NCBI GenBank assembly: GCA_964632045.1
Contig: CAZWBB010000004.1
Coordinates: 18,615 to 82,614, forward strand
DNA: 64,000 nucleotides
DNA from: an uncultured Methanosarcinales archaeon
GTDB taxonomy: Archaea; Nanobdellota; Nanobdellia; Woesearchaeales; GW2011-AR9
Reading direction: 5' to 3'
Under the pieces are notes generated by a model. It was not told the DNA's origin and searched no databases. It saw nothing but the letters and a program-made list of their open reading frames with translations. The position numbers and the translations under genes were made by a program. This document shows, piece after piece, positions 36,799 to 45,836 of the stretch (the stretch's first letter is position 1; each line of letters begins with the position of its first letter).

Positions 36799-37839
36799 TT
36801 GGAGGATTTGAAAATGGGAAATAGGAAATTTGGACGCCAAATGTTATTGTATTCTTTGGCAGGAGTGGTGGGGTTGGGCAGTTTGGGCGGCTGCGGTTCA
36901 GTGAAGTTGGAGCAGAGGGGTCAGCTGCTTGTGGAAAAAACAGTTAGACCGTTTGGCACAGACACTGAGAGAGTTACAGGTCGTCTACCCATCACGCCTT
37001 CGTATCGGCCAGGAGTTGATCCAGGGGCTGTCGCAATAAACGTGGCAGAGTTTGAACGCTACTGCCATGAAACATTCAACTTTACCGAGTGGGTTGACCG
37101 GGAGGCTAAGATCAACAGTCCGTCTCCTTCCAGAGAAGTCTGCAGAATTGCCAGGGAGAGGGTTGGTGAAGCCCAGCTGGATTATCTCAAGGCCAAGGAG
37201 TTGCGGGAGCAGTTGCTTGTTCATACGGGAAGGTTGGACCGGATCGTAGACAGGTTGATCGGGGTTCTGGATGAGAGGGACAGTAACCTGACTATCTCAC
37301 CAACAACAACCATCTCACCGACGACGACTGTAAGCCCTGGAACAACTCTGAATGCAACAGTTGAGTCTGGTCTGTCTCAAAGCGCCGCCAAACTTGCAGC
37401 GGCCGGTTCCTGGGTGAGCAGGGAGATAAGCAGCGATTATCTGTCGAGAGAGATTCAGAAAGCTGTATGCAACGGTGAATCTGTGAAAGAGATCAGTTAT
37501 GAGAAGGTGGGAGCACTTACTTTTGCTGACTGCAGAGTTGATCCTTTTGAGAAGACATCTGATGGAATCTATTCGTTGACTGAAAAGGCTAGTTCGTACT
37601 CGGATGCAGGTAAATTGACAAGAGGTACTTTACTGCTGTGCGGTAATGCCGATAAGAGAGCTGCCGACAGATGTTTCTCTAAGACAAATCTTGACCTGTC
37701 CGGTCACAGAGCGGTGTCTGTGCTTAATGCCGTCTATAGGAAACTGGGAGAAGGCAAACTGCAGCAGACACATGCGGACGTTTACTCAAATGGAGAGAAG
37801 CTGGATGAAAGGACGGTTGAGGTGTATTTGGTTAAATAG
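36799..37839 (+). CDS. Lipobox lipoprotein, hypothetical (contains ISPTTTISPTTTVSPGTT Thr/Pro repeats)
   Basis: GGAGG ribosome-binding site; signal plus LGSLGGCGS lipobox. Confidence 0.5.
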   Translation: MEDLKMGNRKFGRQMLLYSLAGVVGLGSLGGCGSVKLEQRGQLLVEKTVRPFGTDTERVTGRLPITPSYRPGVDPGAVAINVAEFERYCHETFNFTEWVDREAKINSPSPSREVCRIARERVGEAQLDYLKAKELREQLLVHTGRLDRIVDRLIGVLDERDSNLTISPTTTISPTTTVSPGTTLNATVESGLSQSAAKLAAAGSWVSREISSDYLSREIQKAVCNGESVKEISYEKVGALTFADCRVDPFEKTSDGIYSLTEKASSYSDAGKLTRGTLLLCGNADKRAADRCFSKTNLDLSGHRAVSVLNAVYRKLGEGKLQQTHADVYSNGEKLDERTVEVYLVK

Positions 37840-37850
37840 GAGGCAAAAAA

Positions 37851-38117
37851 ATGAACAGATACTATAGTCTGATTGTGGGTGCGGCTGCCCTTGCTCTAAG
37901 CGGAGCTTACATGACAGGATGTGATGATGAGCATCCTAAAGAATGCTGCGAACAGATGTCACGGGAATCGCCCTGCAAGAACGATTACCACTGCGGGTAT
38001 GCAGATCAGGAAGATGCTAAACTATGCATCCAGAATTCTTCCGGAAAATACGAATGCTGTAAATGCAAACCGGACATAGATGATGATTATGATCGGGGAT
38101 ACGATGATGACTTCTAG
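37851..38117 (+). CDS. Small Cys-rich lipoprotein (88 aa)
   Basis: LSGAYMTGCDD lipobox-like; 9 Cys. Confidence 0.4.
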   Translation: MNRYYSLIVGAAALALSGAYMTGCDDEHPKECCEQMSRESPCKNDYHCGYADQEDAKLCIQNSSGKYECCKCKPDIDDDYDRGYDDDF

Positions 38118-38307
38118 GAAGCTCACTTGGTTACTTGGACTTTCTGCTCTGGCATATGGAGGTTGCGATCTGACTGGCAGCGATGATGACCTCTACTCGC
38201 AGGATGCTGGAGGTTTCATAGAGATGGATGGTGTCAGCCACAATTCGGGGGACGGGGGAGAGTGGGGCAGGGAGGATCGAGGTTTCCGCTGCTGCGTAGA
38301 CATTTGA
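38080..38307 (+). CDS. Small secreted protein (75 aa) ending in RGFRCCVDI, the same tail as the next gene
   Basis: Signal LLGLSALAYGGCDL; C-terminal ...DRGFRCCVDI. Confidence 0.4.
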   Translation: MMIMIGDTMMTSRKLTWLLGLSALAYGGCDLTGSDDDLYSQDAGGFIEMDGVSHNSGDGGEWGREDRGFRCCVDI

Positions 38308-38321
38308 ACGAGGTAAATAAA

Positions 38322-40400
38322 ATGCTTGAAAAAATATTGAAGATCGGTCTGACCACCGCTGTTTTAGGGATTGGAGCATTAACCTACAGTGCATGCGGCG
38401 TGAATAGTTTTGAAGGAGACGGACAGATAGATATTGGTTATAGTACTATAGATGCTGGTTATGTCCAGGATGTATCAGGCAACGATAACGTTGTTGTATG
38501 CAGTGATAAAGATATGGATGGATTTGCTGATAATGCTGGTTGTGGGACACAAGTTGATTGCAACGACAGAGATGCGGAAATCAATCCAGGTAAAGCAGAG
38601 CTTCCAGACGGAGTTGACAATAATTGTGACGGACAGATCGATGATGATTTTTCCGTACGGTATGATGATTTTGATGATCATCCTGAGAATTTTCAGACCG
38701 GACCTTGTTCTTTTGACCACACTCCAATCACCTATGCTTTCGACAATTTTACCCCGGACATGAATGGTGTAGATGTCCAAGCTTCGTTTTCGAGAGCTTT
38801 TTCCCTATGGGAGAATCAAACCAGCCTGAGGTTCGAAGAGATTGCAAGTGTGGGTGAAGCGGACATTGTGATTCTGTTTGATACGTTTGGGCACACGTGG
38901 AGCGATGGTAACGCTTGTTTTCCTTTTGACGGCCCATATGATGTATTGGCCCATGCCTATCATCCGTGCTATTCTTCCCCCATCACGGAAGGCCATTTTG
39001 ATGACTCTGAAGACTGGACAGATGACATTAGGAATAGTGTATATCAACCGATTGATATGGATACAGTTGCAGCACATGAGATTGGTCACATGTTGGGACT
39101 ACATCATTCAGATGTTGATACGGCATTGATGGCTCCTTTATATGTTGGTTCGCACCGTTATCTTGACCAGGATGACGTAGATGGTATTCAGGCACTGTAT
39201 CCTGGGGACTTGCCCCCTCCATGCAATGATGACGATGGTGATGGCTATGGGAATCCAGGGATCTATTCCTGCCGATTAGGGGAGCAGGATGACTGCGATG
39301 ACTCAAATGTTGCTATTCATCCCAATGCGGATGAACTCTGTGACCTTCTGGACAATGACTGCAATGGATTAGTCGATGAGGATCCAGATAACTGGAGTTC
39401 AGACTGTGGCTCATGTCTTGATACAGATGGAGATGGTTACGGCGAGTTGGGATCAAATTTGTCAAGTTGTCTATATCCAAATCAGGTTGATTGTAACAAC
39501 GATAACGCGGATATGTATCCTGGTGCTCCAGAATTTTGTGACGCAAAAGACAACAACTGCAATGGTGAGATAGATGAAGACCCTGGCTTCTATAATAACT
39601 GTGGAAGTTGCGGTCCTGATGAGCTTGGAATTGGTGATACCTGTGGAGAGTGTGGATCTGTTCAGTGCAGAAACGGAGGTGGAGTAGAATGTAATGATCC
39701 ATGTGAATGTCCCGGTCACCCTGAGATGATCCGGAAAGGAGATTATTGCATCGATAAATGGGAAAATTCTGTGTGGAGCAGTTCTCAGTGTAATGGAAGG
39801 CAGTGGGGATTGGGAAGGGATGATTGGCTAGGGGAATTTCCAGTAAATGTTCACAGCAGGGGATTGGTCCGTGGGGGAAATACGCATTGGCCGAGCTATT
39901 GTTGCATAGATGCAGGTGTGATGCTCTATGCCTGTTCAAAGGCAGGAGTGATCCCAGCTTATCAAGTTACCTGGTTCAGAGCAAGAAAGGCTTGCGAGAA
40001 TTCCGATAAGAGACTCTGTACCAGAGAAGAGTGGGTTGATGGCTGTGATGGTCAGGTTGGAGACGGTGGCTGTGAATATGGTACAAACTCATGCGACAGT
40101 CTCCCAGATGGTGTGTGTAACCTGCAGGATGGGTTAGGTCAGATCGCCCCGACTGGTTCATTTCAAGGTTGCAGAAGTGCAGGGGGTGCCTTTGATATGA
40201 CCGGGAATCTGTCAGAAGTGTTTGAAGACCATTTCATCCAGCATGGTAACAAGTACAGGAATTACTGTACAAGTACTGGGTACGACTGGCCGTTTGACCA
40301 AAACCATATACACGACTGCAGCACAGAGGGTGAAAGCTGTCGCAGTGATGCAGGCATGGTCGAGAATCATCGGGGTTTCAGATGTTGTGTTGATCTTTAG
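38322..40400 (+). CDS. Secreted lipoprotein: MopE-like Cys/Asp repeats, a matrixin (MMP-like, M10) zinc metalloprotease domain and a C-terminal FGE-sulfatase-like domain
   Basis: VAAHEIGHMLGLHHSDVDTALMAPLY has the metzincin HExxHxxGxxH plus the Met-turn ALMxPxY as in MMPs. Several CDDxDxxIxPxAxExCDxxDNDCNGxxDE repeats. C-terminal GAFDMTGNLSEVFED resembles the FGE-sulfatase GNxxEW motif. Ends ...HRGFRCCVDL. Start taken at MLEKIL (38322); the ORF is open from 38262. Confidence 0.7.
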   Translation: MLEKILKIGLTTAVLGIGALTYSACGVNSFEGDGQIDIGYSTIDAGYVQDVSGNDNVVVCSDKDMDGFADNAGCGTQVDCNDRDAEINPGKAELPDGVDNNCDGQIDDDFSVRYDDFDDHPENFQTGPCSFDHTPITYAFDNFTPDMNGVDVQASFSRAFSLWENQTSLRFEEIASVGEADIVILFDTFGHTWSDGNACFPFDGPYDVLAHAYHPCYSSPITEGHFDDSEDWTDDIRNSVYQPIDMDTVAAHEIGHMLGLHHSDVDTALMAPLYVGSHRYLDQDDVDGIQALYPGDLPPPCNDDDGDGYGNPGIYSCRLGEQDDCDDSNVAIHPNADELCDLLDNDCNGLVDEDPDNWSSDCGSCLDTDGDGYGELGSNLSSCLYPNQVDCNNDNADMYPGAPEFCDAKDNNCNGEIDEDPGFYNNCGSCGPDELGIGDTCGECGSVQCRNGGGVECNDPCECPGHPEMIRKGDYCIDKWENSVWSSSQCNGRQWGLGRDDWLGEFPVNVHSRGLVRGGNTHWPSYCCIDAGVMLYACSKAGVIPAYQVTWFRARKACENSDKRLCTREEWVDGCDGQVGDGGCEYGTNSCDSLPDGVCNLQDGLGQIAPTGSFQGCRSAGGAFDMTGNLSEVFEDHFIQHGNKYRNYCTSTGYDWPFDQNHIHDCSTEGESCRSDAGMVENHRGFRCCVDL

Positions 40401-40430
40401 GAATGTTCAATAGATACAAGGGGAAAGCTT

Positions 40431-41894
40431 ATGTCAAAATTGAAAGAAATCATCTATAGTTTTGGAGCAGTAGCTCTCTTGATGGGAGCAACTTCCTGTG
40501 ATGATGGTCAGGAATTGGACAGTTCCCGTGAATTTGAGAAGATTGAGGATGCAGGGGTTGCTTATGACAGTACGGAGCAGGGGGAAGTGCCTAACCTGGA
40601 TATTGGCGATCTCCCCGGCGAGTTAACAGTCTGCTGGAGGGATGAAGATGGAGATGATTATCCAGCTAAAGGAAAACAGATAAGGACAAGGTATGAATGT
40701 CCTGAAGGAACAGCTGAAGCGGAGTGCACGGATCATCCCAGCTGCTTCGACTGTGATGATAGTGATGAGCGCATAAATCCCGGGGCGCAAGAGATATGTA
40801 ACGGGATCGATGATGATTGTGATGGTGTGATTGATGGTAATCTGACCAGGCAATGCCACTCAATCTGTGGAGAGGGACTTGAGTATTGCATCGATGGAGA
40901 TTATCAGGACTGCGATGCTCGTGTTCCTAGTGATGAGGTATGCGACGGTATTGACAATGATTGTGATGGTGAAACCGATGAAGGACTATTTGAGTTGTTC
41001 TTTCGGGATCATGATCAGGATGGCTATGGGAATCCGAATGATACGATAGAAGCATGCCAGTGTCCTGACGGGTATACACAAGACAATACAGATTGCGATG
41101 ATGATAATCCTTTTGCCCATGAGTATATCACATGTATCCATGATGAGAACCGCTGTGGATCTTTCCAGCTCTGCATAGATCCTTGCCCACCCCCTCCCGA
41201 AGAAATCTGCGATGGGATAGATAATGATTGCAATGGTTTGATTGATGAGATTGAATGCTGTGAGGAAGGTGATGTGAGAGATGTGGTTGAATGTCCACCT
41301 TCACCTCAAAGTTTTGTATTTGTAATTGATAATTCGGGAAGTATGCGTGAGAGGAGTGATCCTAATTATGTGCGGTATGCTGGTTTGAGGGGGTTTGTCG
41401 AACTTATGGATGATGAGGATGAGGCAGCAATAATTGCTTTTACTAATAACATGCAGGTCTATTGTGGTAACTTCTCTTCTGATCGTGACGCTCTGATGGA
41501 TTGCATCACCCAGGCAAGACAGTTTAGTCTGGGTGGAAGTACGGACATTGATCCGCCAATGTATCAAGCAATTGATATTGTGTCAGGAAGAAATAACCGC
41601 AAAATAATCATACTTCTTACTGATGGTGTTGACGCTAATGGTGATTATGACGCTGATAATATTCGCATCACTGCAGAAAATAGGAGAGCAACAATATACG
41701 CTTTGGGTTTTGGAGAGGCTGATGAGGAAGCACTAAGGCAGACTATTACTGCCGATGGAAGTTATTCTTTGATTAATAATGCTGAGGAAATTCCTGGCTT
41801 GTATGAACAAATCTTTCAGCATAGTAATTATGAGTCGTGGAGAGAGTGTGATAGAAATGGTATGTGGATAGAAAGACAGGGGGAGTGTGAATAA
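40431..41894 (+). CDS. Lipoprotein with MopE-like Cys/Asp repeats and a C-terminal von Willebrand factor A (vWA) domain
   Basis: Lipobox LLMGATSCDD. Repeats CDDSDERINPGAQEICNGIDDDCDGVID. vWA MIDAS motif FVFVIDNSGSM...ILLTDG. C-terminal SWRECDRNGMWIERQGEC. Confidence 0.7.
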   Translation: MSKLKEIIYSFGAVALLMGATSCDDGQELDSSREFEKIEDAGVAYDSTEQGEVPNLDIGDLPGELTVCWRDEDGDDYPAKGKQIRTRYECPEGTAEAECTDHPSCFDCDDSDERINPGAQEICNGIDDDCDGVIDGNLTRQCHSICGEGLEYCIDGDYQDCDARVPSDEVCDGIDNDCDGETDEGLFELFFRDHDQDGYGNPNDTIEACQCPDGYTQDNTDCDDDNPFAHEYITCIHDENRCGSFQLCIDPCPPPPEEICDGIDNDCNGLIDEIECCEEGDVRDVVECPPSPQSFVFVIDNSGSMRERSDPNYVRYAGLRGFVELMDDEDEAAIIAFTNNMQVYCGNFSSDRDALMDCITQARQFSLGGSTDIDPPMYQAIDIVSGRNNRKIIILLTDGVDANGDYDADNIRITAENRRATIYALGFGEADEEALRQTITADGSYSLINNAEEIPGLYEQIFQHSNYESWRECDRNGMWIERQGECE

Positions 41895-43726
41895 TGATTA
41901 AAAATATCATATATTCAGTGGTTGGATTAACTCTCTTATCTGGATGCGGTGATATGAGCCGTCCAATGGACCATTCAATTGATGAACCAGAAGTGAAGAA
42001 TGATACTGAAAAGGACGATGTAAATTCCAACGTAGACTACTATTTTAATGGTGACTTGGTTGATAGGATTGCTGGTGACAAAAATCAGCTGAATCCGTAT
42101 GACTTCAGAAACGAGAATGGAAATGCACCTACTTTTCCTGATTACAACAATGGTTGGAAAGAGCGGGTAATTGCATGTTTCCTGGATGCTGATGGAGATG
42201 GTTATGGAATAAAAGAGATCCAGATAAGAGATGTTGAATGCCCTCCTGGCTATGCTGGATTCAACGGTCTGTTTGATTGCGATGATGACAATGAACTTAT
42301 CTATCCTGATGCCCAAGAGTTGTGTGATTATTGGGATAATGATTGTGATGGTCTTATTGATGAGGATTGTCTATGCAGGATGGAAGAGGGAAAATTATGC
42401 GGCAGCAGTGATGTTGGAGAATGCCGCTATGGAATACAGGTATGTGATTTATATGGAGACTGGGGAGAGTGCGATTGCAATGTCGAGCCGGCAGAGGAAG
42501 TATGCGATGGATTGGACAATGATTGCGACGGCAGGGTGGATGAAGGTGTACAGGCAACGTACTATGAGGATGAGGATGGAGACAGTTTTGGTAATGCGCA
42601 AGTGGAAGTCAATCACTGCTTTCTACCGGAAGGTTACGTCGAAAATATGCTGGATTGCGATGATGGCAATGCAGATATCTACCCTGACGCTCCGGAGTTG
42701 TGCGACTACTGGGACAACGACTGTGATGGTGAGACGGATGAAGATTGCGTCTGTATCAAAGGAGAGACACAACAGTGCGGTAGGATTGACATCGGGGAAT
42801 GTGAATACGGCACTCAAACATGTGACATTAATGGGGGCTGGGGTGAGTGTATAGGCAGGATCGTCCCCAGATCAGATTTCTGTGACGGGCTGGACAATGA
42901 TTGTGATGGGGAGACTGATGAAAGATATAATGCAGGAGAAGTCTGTTACACAGGAAGGGGGGAATGCAGAAGAGAAGGGATCTTTCATTGCACAGAAAAC
43001 ACGATAGACACTATTTGTGATGCCATCGCCGGTGAACCAGGAGAAGAATTTTGTGGAGATGATCTTGATAATGACTGTGACGGAAGAACTGATGAAGATT
43101 GCTGTCGGCAGGGAATGATCAGAGATGTTGTTAGGTGCCCTTATTTTCCACATAGTTTCTCTTTTGTAATCGACAACTCCGGGAGTATGTTAAGTAATGA
43201 TCCAACTAATATCAGATATCGTGGTTCGCACGACTTTGTGAATTCGATGCGCAATACAGACGAAGCAAGCGTCATGGTTTTCGCAAGAAGACATGAGGTT
43301 GTATGTGGTTTCACTTCTGACAAAGAAGATCTTAGAGATTGCTTTATTGAAGCAGAGAACTATGATGTTGACAGTGGTGCAACTAATATTGGTCCTGCTT
43401 TATCAGATGCGATAGATGACATCTCTTTGAGAATTGCAAGAAAAGTGATCATCCTCCTAACAGATGGAGATAGTGATTATAATGAGAACTCGATGAGGAT
43501 AAGGGCTGAGCAGAATGGGATTAGCGTTTACACTCTTGGGCTGGGTGCCGCGGACGAACAGAGTCTCATGGCAACAGCAACACCGGATGGTGGATACTTT
43601 GGCATCGATGAAGTAGAAGAGATTCCTGCTCTTTACAACCGGATCTTCCGGGAAAGAAGGAACCAGTCGTGGGAATCATGCAACGAGCGCGGGATGTGGG
43701 TAGAAAGGAGGGGAAATTGTCGATGA
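41894..43726 (+). CDS. Lipoprotein with MopE-like repeats and a vWA domain (paralog)
   Basis: Lipobox LLSGCGD; six or more DNDCDG repeats; FSFVIDNSGSM...ILLTDGDSD; C-terminal SWESCNERGMWVERRGNC. Confidence 0.7.
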   Translation: MIKNIIYSVVGLTLLSGCGDMSRPMDHSIDEPEVKNDTEKDDVNSNVDYYFNGDLVDRIAGDKNQLNPYDFRNENGNAPTFPDYNNGWKERVIACFLDADGDGYGIKEIQIRDVECPPGYAGFNGLFDCDDDNELIYPDAQELCDYWDNDCDGLIDEDCLCRMEEGKLCGSSDVGECRYGIQVCDLYGDWGECDCNVEPAEEVCDGLDNDCDGRVDEGVQATYYEDEDGDSFGNAQVEVNHCFLPEGYVENMLDCDDGNADIYPDAPELCDYWDNDCDGETDEDCVCIKGETQQCGRIDIGECEYGTQTCDINGGWGECIGRIVPRSDFCDGLDNDCDGETDERYNAGEVCYTGRGECRREGIFHCTENTIDTICDAIAGEPGEEFCGDDLDNDCDGRTDEDCCRQGMIRDVVRCPYFPHSFSFVIDNSGSMLSNDPTNIRYRGSHDFVNSMRNTDEASVMVFARRHEVVCGFTSDKEDLRDCFIEAENYDVDSGATNIGPALSDAIDDISLRIARKVIILLTDGDSDYNENSMRIRAEQNGISVYTLGLGAADEQSLMATATPDGGYFGIDEVEEIPALYNRIFRERRNQSWESCNERGMWVERRGNCR

Positions 43727-45789
43727 TGATGAAAGAAGGGATTGGAATGATCCTGTATGGGGTTGCAGGACTGGCTGCCCTGGTTGGTTGCGAAAGCGAA
43801 GCTCCTCGTTATGGGGTGGTGGCAGATGCAGGAGCGGATGCAGAATTTACTGAAGTAAATGATGCAGGTATGGATAAAAGGATGGATATTAGCACAGATA
43901 CAAGAATTGGTACTGCAGGAAATGCAGAACATGATTTTGATATTGGTGCTAGAAACGTGCTTGCCTGTTTCAAAGACTGGGATGGAGATGGTTTCCCAGT
44001 CAAGGAAGATCAAGTCTGGGATGAGATCTGTCCGGAAGGATACATTCAATATGATCGAAGGGCCTTTGATTGTGATGATGAAGATGCTCATAGACATCCT
44101 GGGGTTGTGGAGTTATGTGATGGGGTAGATAGTAATTGTGATGGGGCTGTGGATGAGGGCTGTTATTGTATAACAGGAGAATCCCAAGTGTGTGGAAGTA
44201 CTGATGTCGGACAGTGTACCTACGGCTCTCAAACATGCGATGTATATGGACGATGGAGTGAATGTGAAGGCAATGTTGAACCTTCTGAAGAGGTGTGTGA
44301 TATTCGCGATAATGACTGCGATGGTGGGATAGATGAAGGTACAAAAATAGTGGCCTGCAGGGACAGAGATCACGACGGCTTCGGAGACCGTTTTGAATTT
44401 ATCGAAACTTGTGAGCATTTGATAGGAACTCCTCCTTTAGGCGGTTATGTGGTTGACTGCACCGATTGTAATGATCATGAGAGTGACATAAATCCAGAAG
44501 CGGTAGAACTTTGTGATCTTCGCGACAACAATTGCGATGGTGAAGTAAATGGAGGCTTCCCTGACTGGGGGCAACCATGTGCTGTGGGGGTGGGAGGATG
44601 TCAAAGGGAGGGAGTAAATAATTGTAGTGAGGACGGGCTGGAGGTGATTTGTAGTGCTGTTGAAGGACAGCCAAGTGAAGAAATATGTGATGGGATAGAT
44701 AACGATTGCGATGGTATCTTGGACAATAATGAGATAGAATACGTGCAGCTAACTGAACATTGTCCCCCTGATTTGGTGGAGGACAAAAGGCCGTTGTTTT
44801 CCCCGGATGGTTCAACAATCGCTTTCTTAAGGTACGCTGAGAGAAGATATGAAGGGGTGTTTGTAATAGATATTGATGGAGAGAATGAGAGGAAACTATT
44901 TGATGGTTTTGGCAGATATGTCTGGCATCAAGACGGAAGTAAATTATACTTTGCATCTGAATCAGATAACACAGTCAGCTCTATCGATACAGATGGAAAT
45001 AATAGAAGAGAGCTACTGCAGCTTAATACTAATGTGAAAGCAATCTTTCACAACAACGGAGATCTGTTAGTAGCGTATCAGCAAGACCAAAATTTTCAAA
45101 TACGTTCAATTAACTCTGGGATGGATATCTTTAGTGAATTACTTCCGCAGGTGAATGAGATATACATATCTCCTGATGGATCAAAATGTGTTTTTCATAT
45201 CTATGCGGGATTCTGTCCAGAAGCAGACTGTTATCGTTATCACCTCTGGAATCGACATACGGATGAGTTCCGGCAAATGACGGATAATCTACCCTATTTA
45301 CTCGCAACAAAAGATTTTTGGTTTCCTGATAATATCAGGTTTGCTTTCACAAAGTCGGTAGACCAAGATGATCCCGGATTTGTACCAGGTCAACCTGATC
45401 TTATTCCTCAAGTGATAGACACCAACACTGGGATTATTCAGGATTTGATTGTTAGGAATTGTATTGGTGAAAGAGGAGAGGAAAAACCTTGTGGTGGTGC
45501 ATTACTTGGTATCTCTGGTGATGGCCAGAAAGTTTTTCTTAATGGATTTGTAGGGGGGGCATTTCTAAGAGAGGGGATTCTAGGGGGGGCATTTAATCTC
45601 TACTTCCCTGAAGTTGATCAAGGGATGATCTCAGATCTGGCATTCCTCTGGAATCCAATTGACTTTTCACCGGATAGCAGGTCATTGGTAAGTTCAAATA
45701 ATCCTTTCCATCATTGTTATGGACTGTTCAAACTCACGCTTCCATACAATCCAGAGATTGATTATGAACCATATTGGTTGAGTTTATGA
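43723..45789 (+). CDS. Lipoprotein with MopE-like repeats and a C-terminal TolB/PD40-like beta-propeller
   Basis: Lipobox LVGCESE; repeats CDGVDSNCDGAVDEG and similar. SPDGSTIAFLRYAE...IDIDGENERKLFDG...WHQDGSKLYF resemble PD40 repeats. Start overlaps the upstream stop codon (ATGATGATGA). Confidence 0.6.
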   Translation: MMMKEGIGMILYGVAGLAALVGCESEAPRYGVVADAGADAEFTEVNDAGMDKRMDISTDTRIGTAGNAEHDFDIGARNVLACFKDWDGDGFPVKEDQVWDEICPEGYIQYDRRAFDCDDEDAHRHPGVVELCDGVDSNCDGAVDEGCYCITGESQVCGSTDVGQCTYGSQTCDVYGRWSECEGNVEPSEEVCDIRDNDCDGGIDEGTKIVACRDRDHDGFGDRFEFIETCEHLIGTPPLGGYVVDCTDCNDHESDINPEAVELCDLRDNNCDGEVNGGFPDWGQPCAVGVGGCQREGVNNCSEDGLEVICSAVEGQPSEEICDGIDNDCDGILDNNEIEYVQLTEHCPPDLVEDKRPLFSPDGSTIAFLRYAERRYEGVFVIDIDGENERKLFDGFGRYVWHQDGSKLYFASESDNTVSSIDTDGNNRRELLQLNTNVKAIFHNNGDLLVAYQQDQNFQIRSINSGMDIFSELLPQVNEIYISPDGSKCVFHIYAGFCPEADCYRYHLWNRHTDEFRQMTDNLPYLLATKDFWFPDNIRFAFTKSVDQDDPGFVPGQPDLIPQVIDTNTGIIQDLIVRNCIGERGEEKPCGGALLGISGDGQKVFLNGFVGGAFLREGILGGAFNLYFPEVDQGMISDLAFLWNPIDFSPDSRSLVSSNNPFHHCYGLFKLTLPYNPEIDYEPYWLSL

Positions 45790-45836
45790 AAATGAAAAAA
45801 TGTGTGATTTGAGGATCATACTATTGGAGGAATAAA

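Noticed and set aside
38080-40400. Interpreting the CCVD[IL] tails as Rab-like CCXXX geranylgeranylation signals
   Set aside because: Both proteins have signal peptides, so they are exported and would not meet a cytosolic prenyltransferase. Kept only as a note that the shared tail is unusual.
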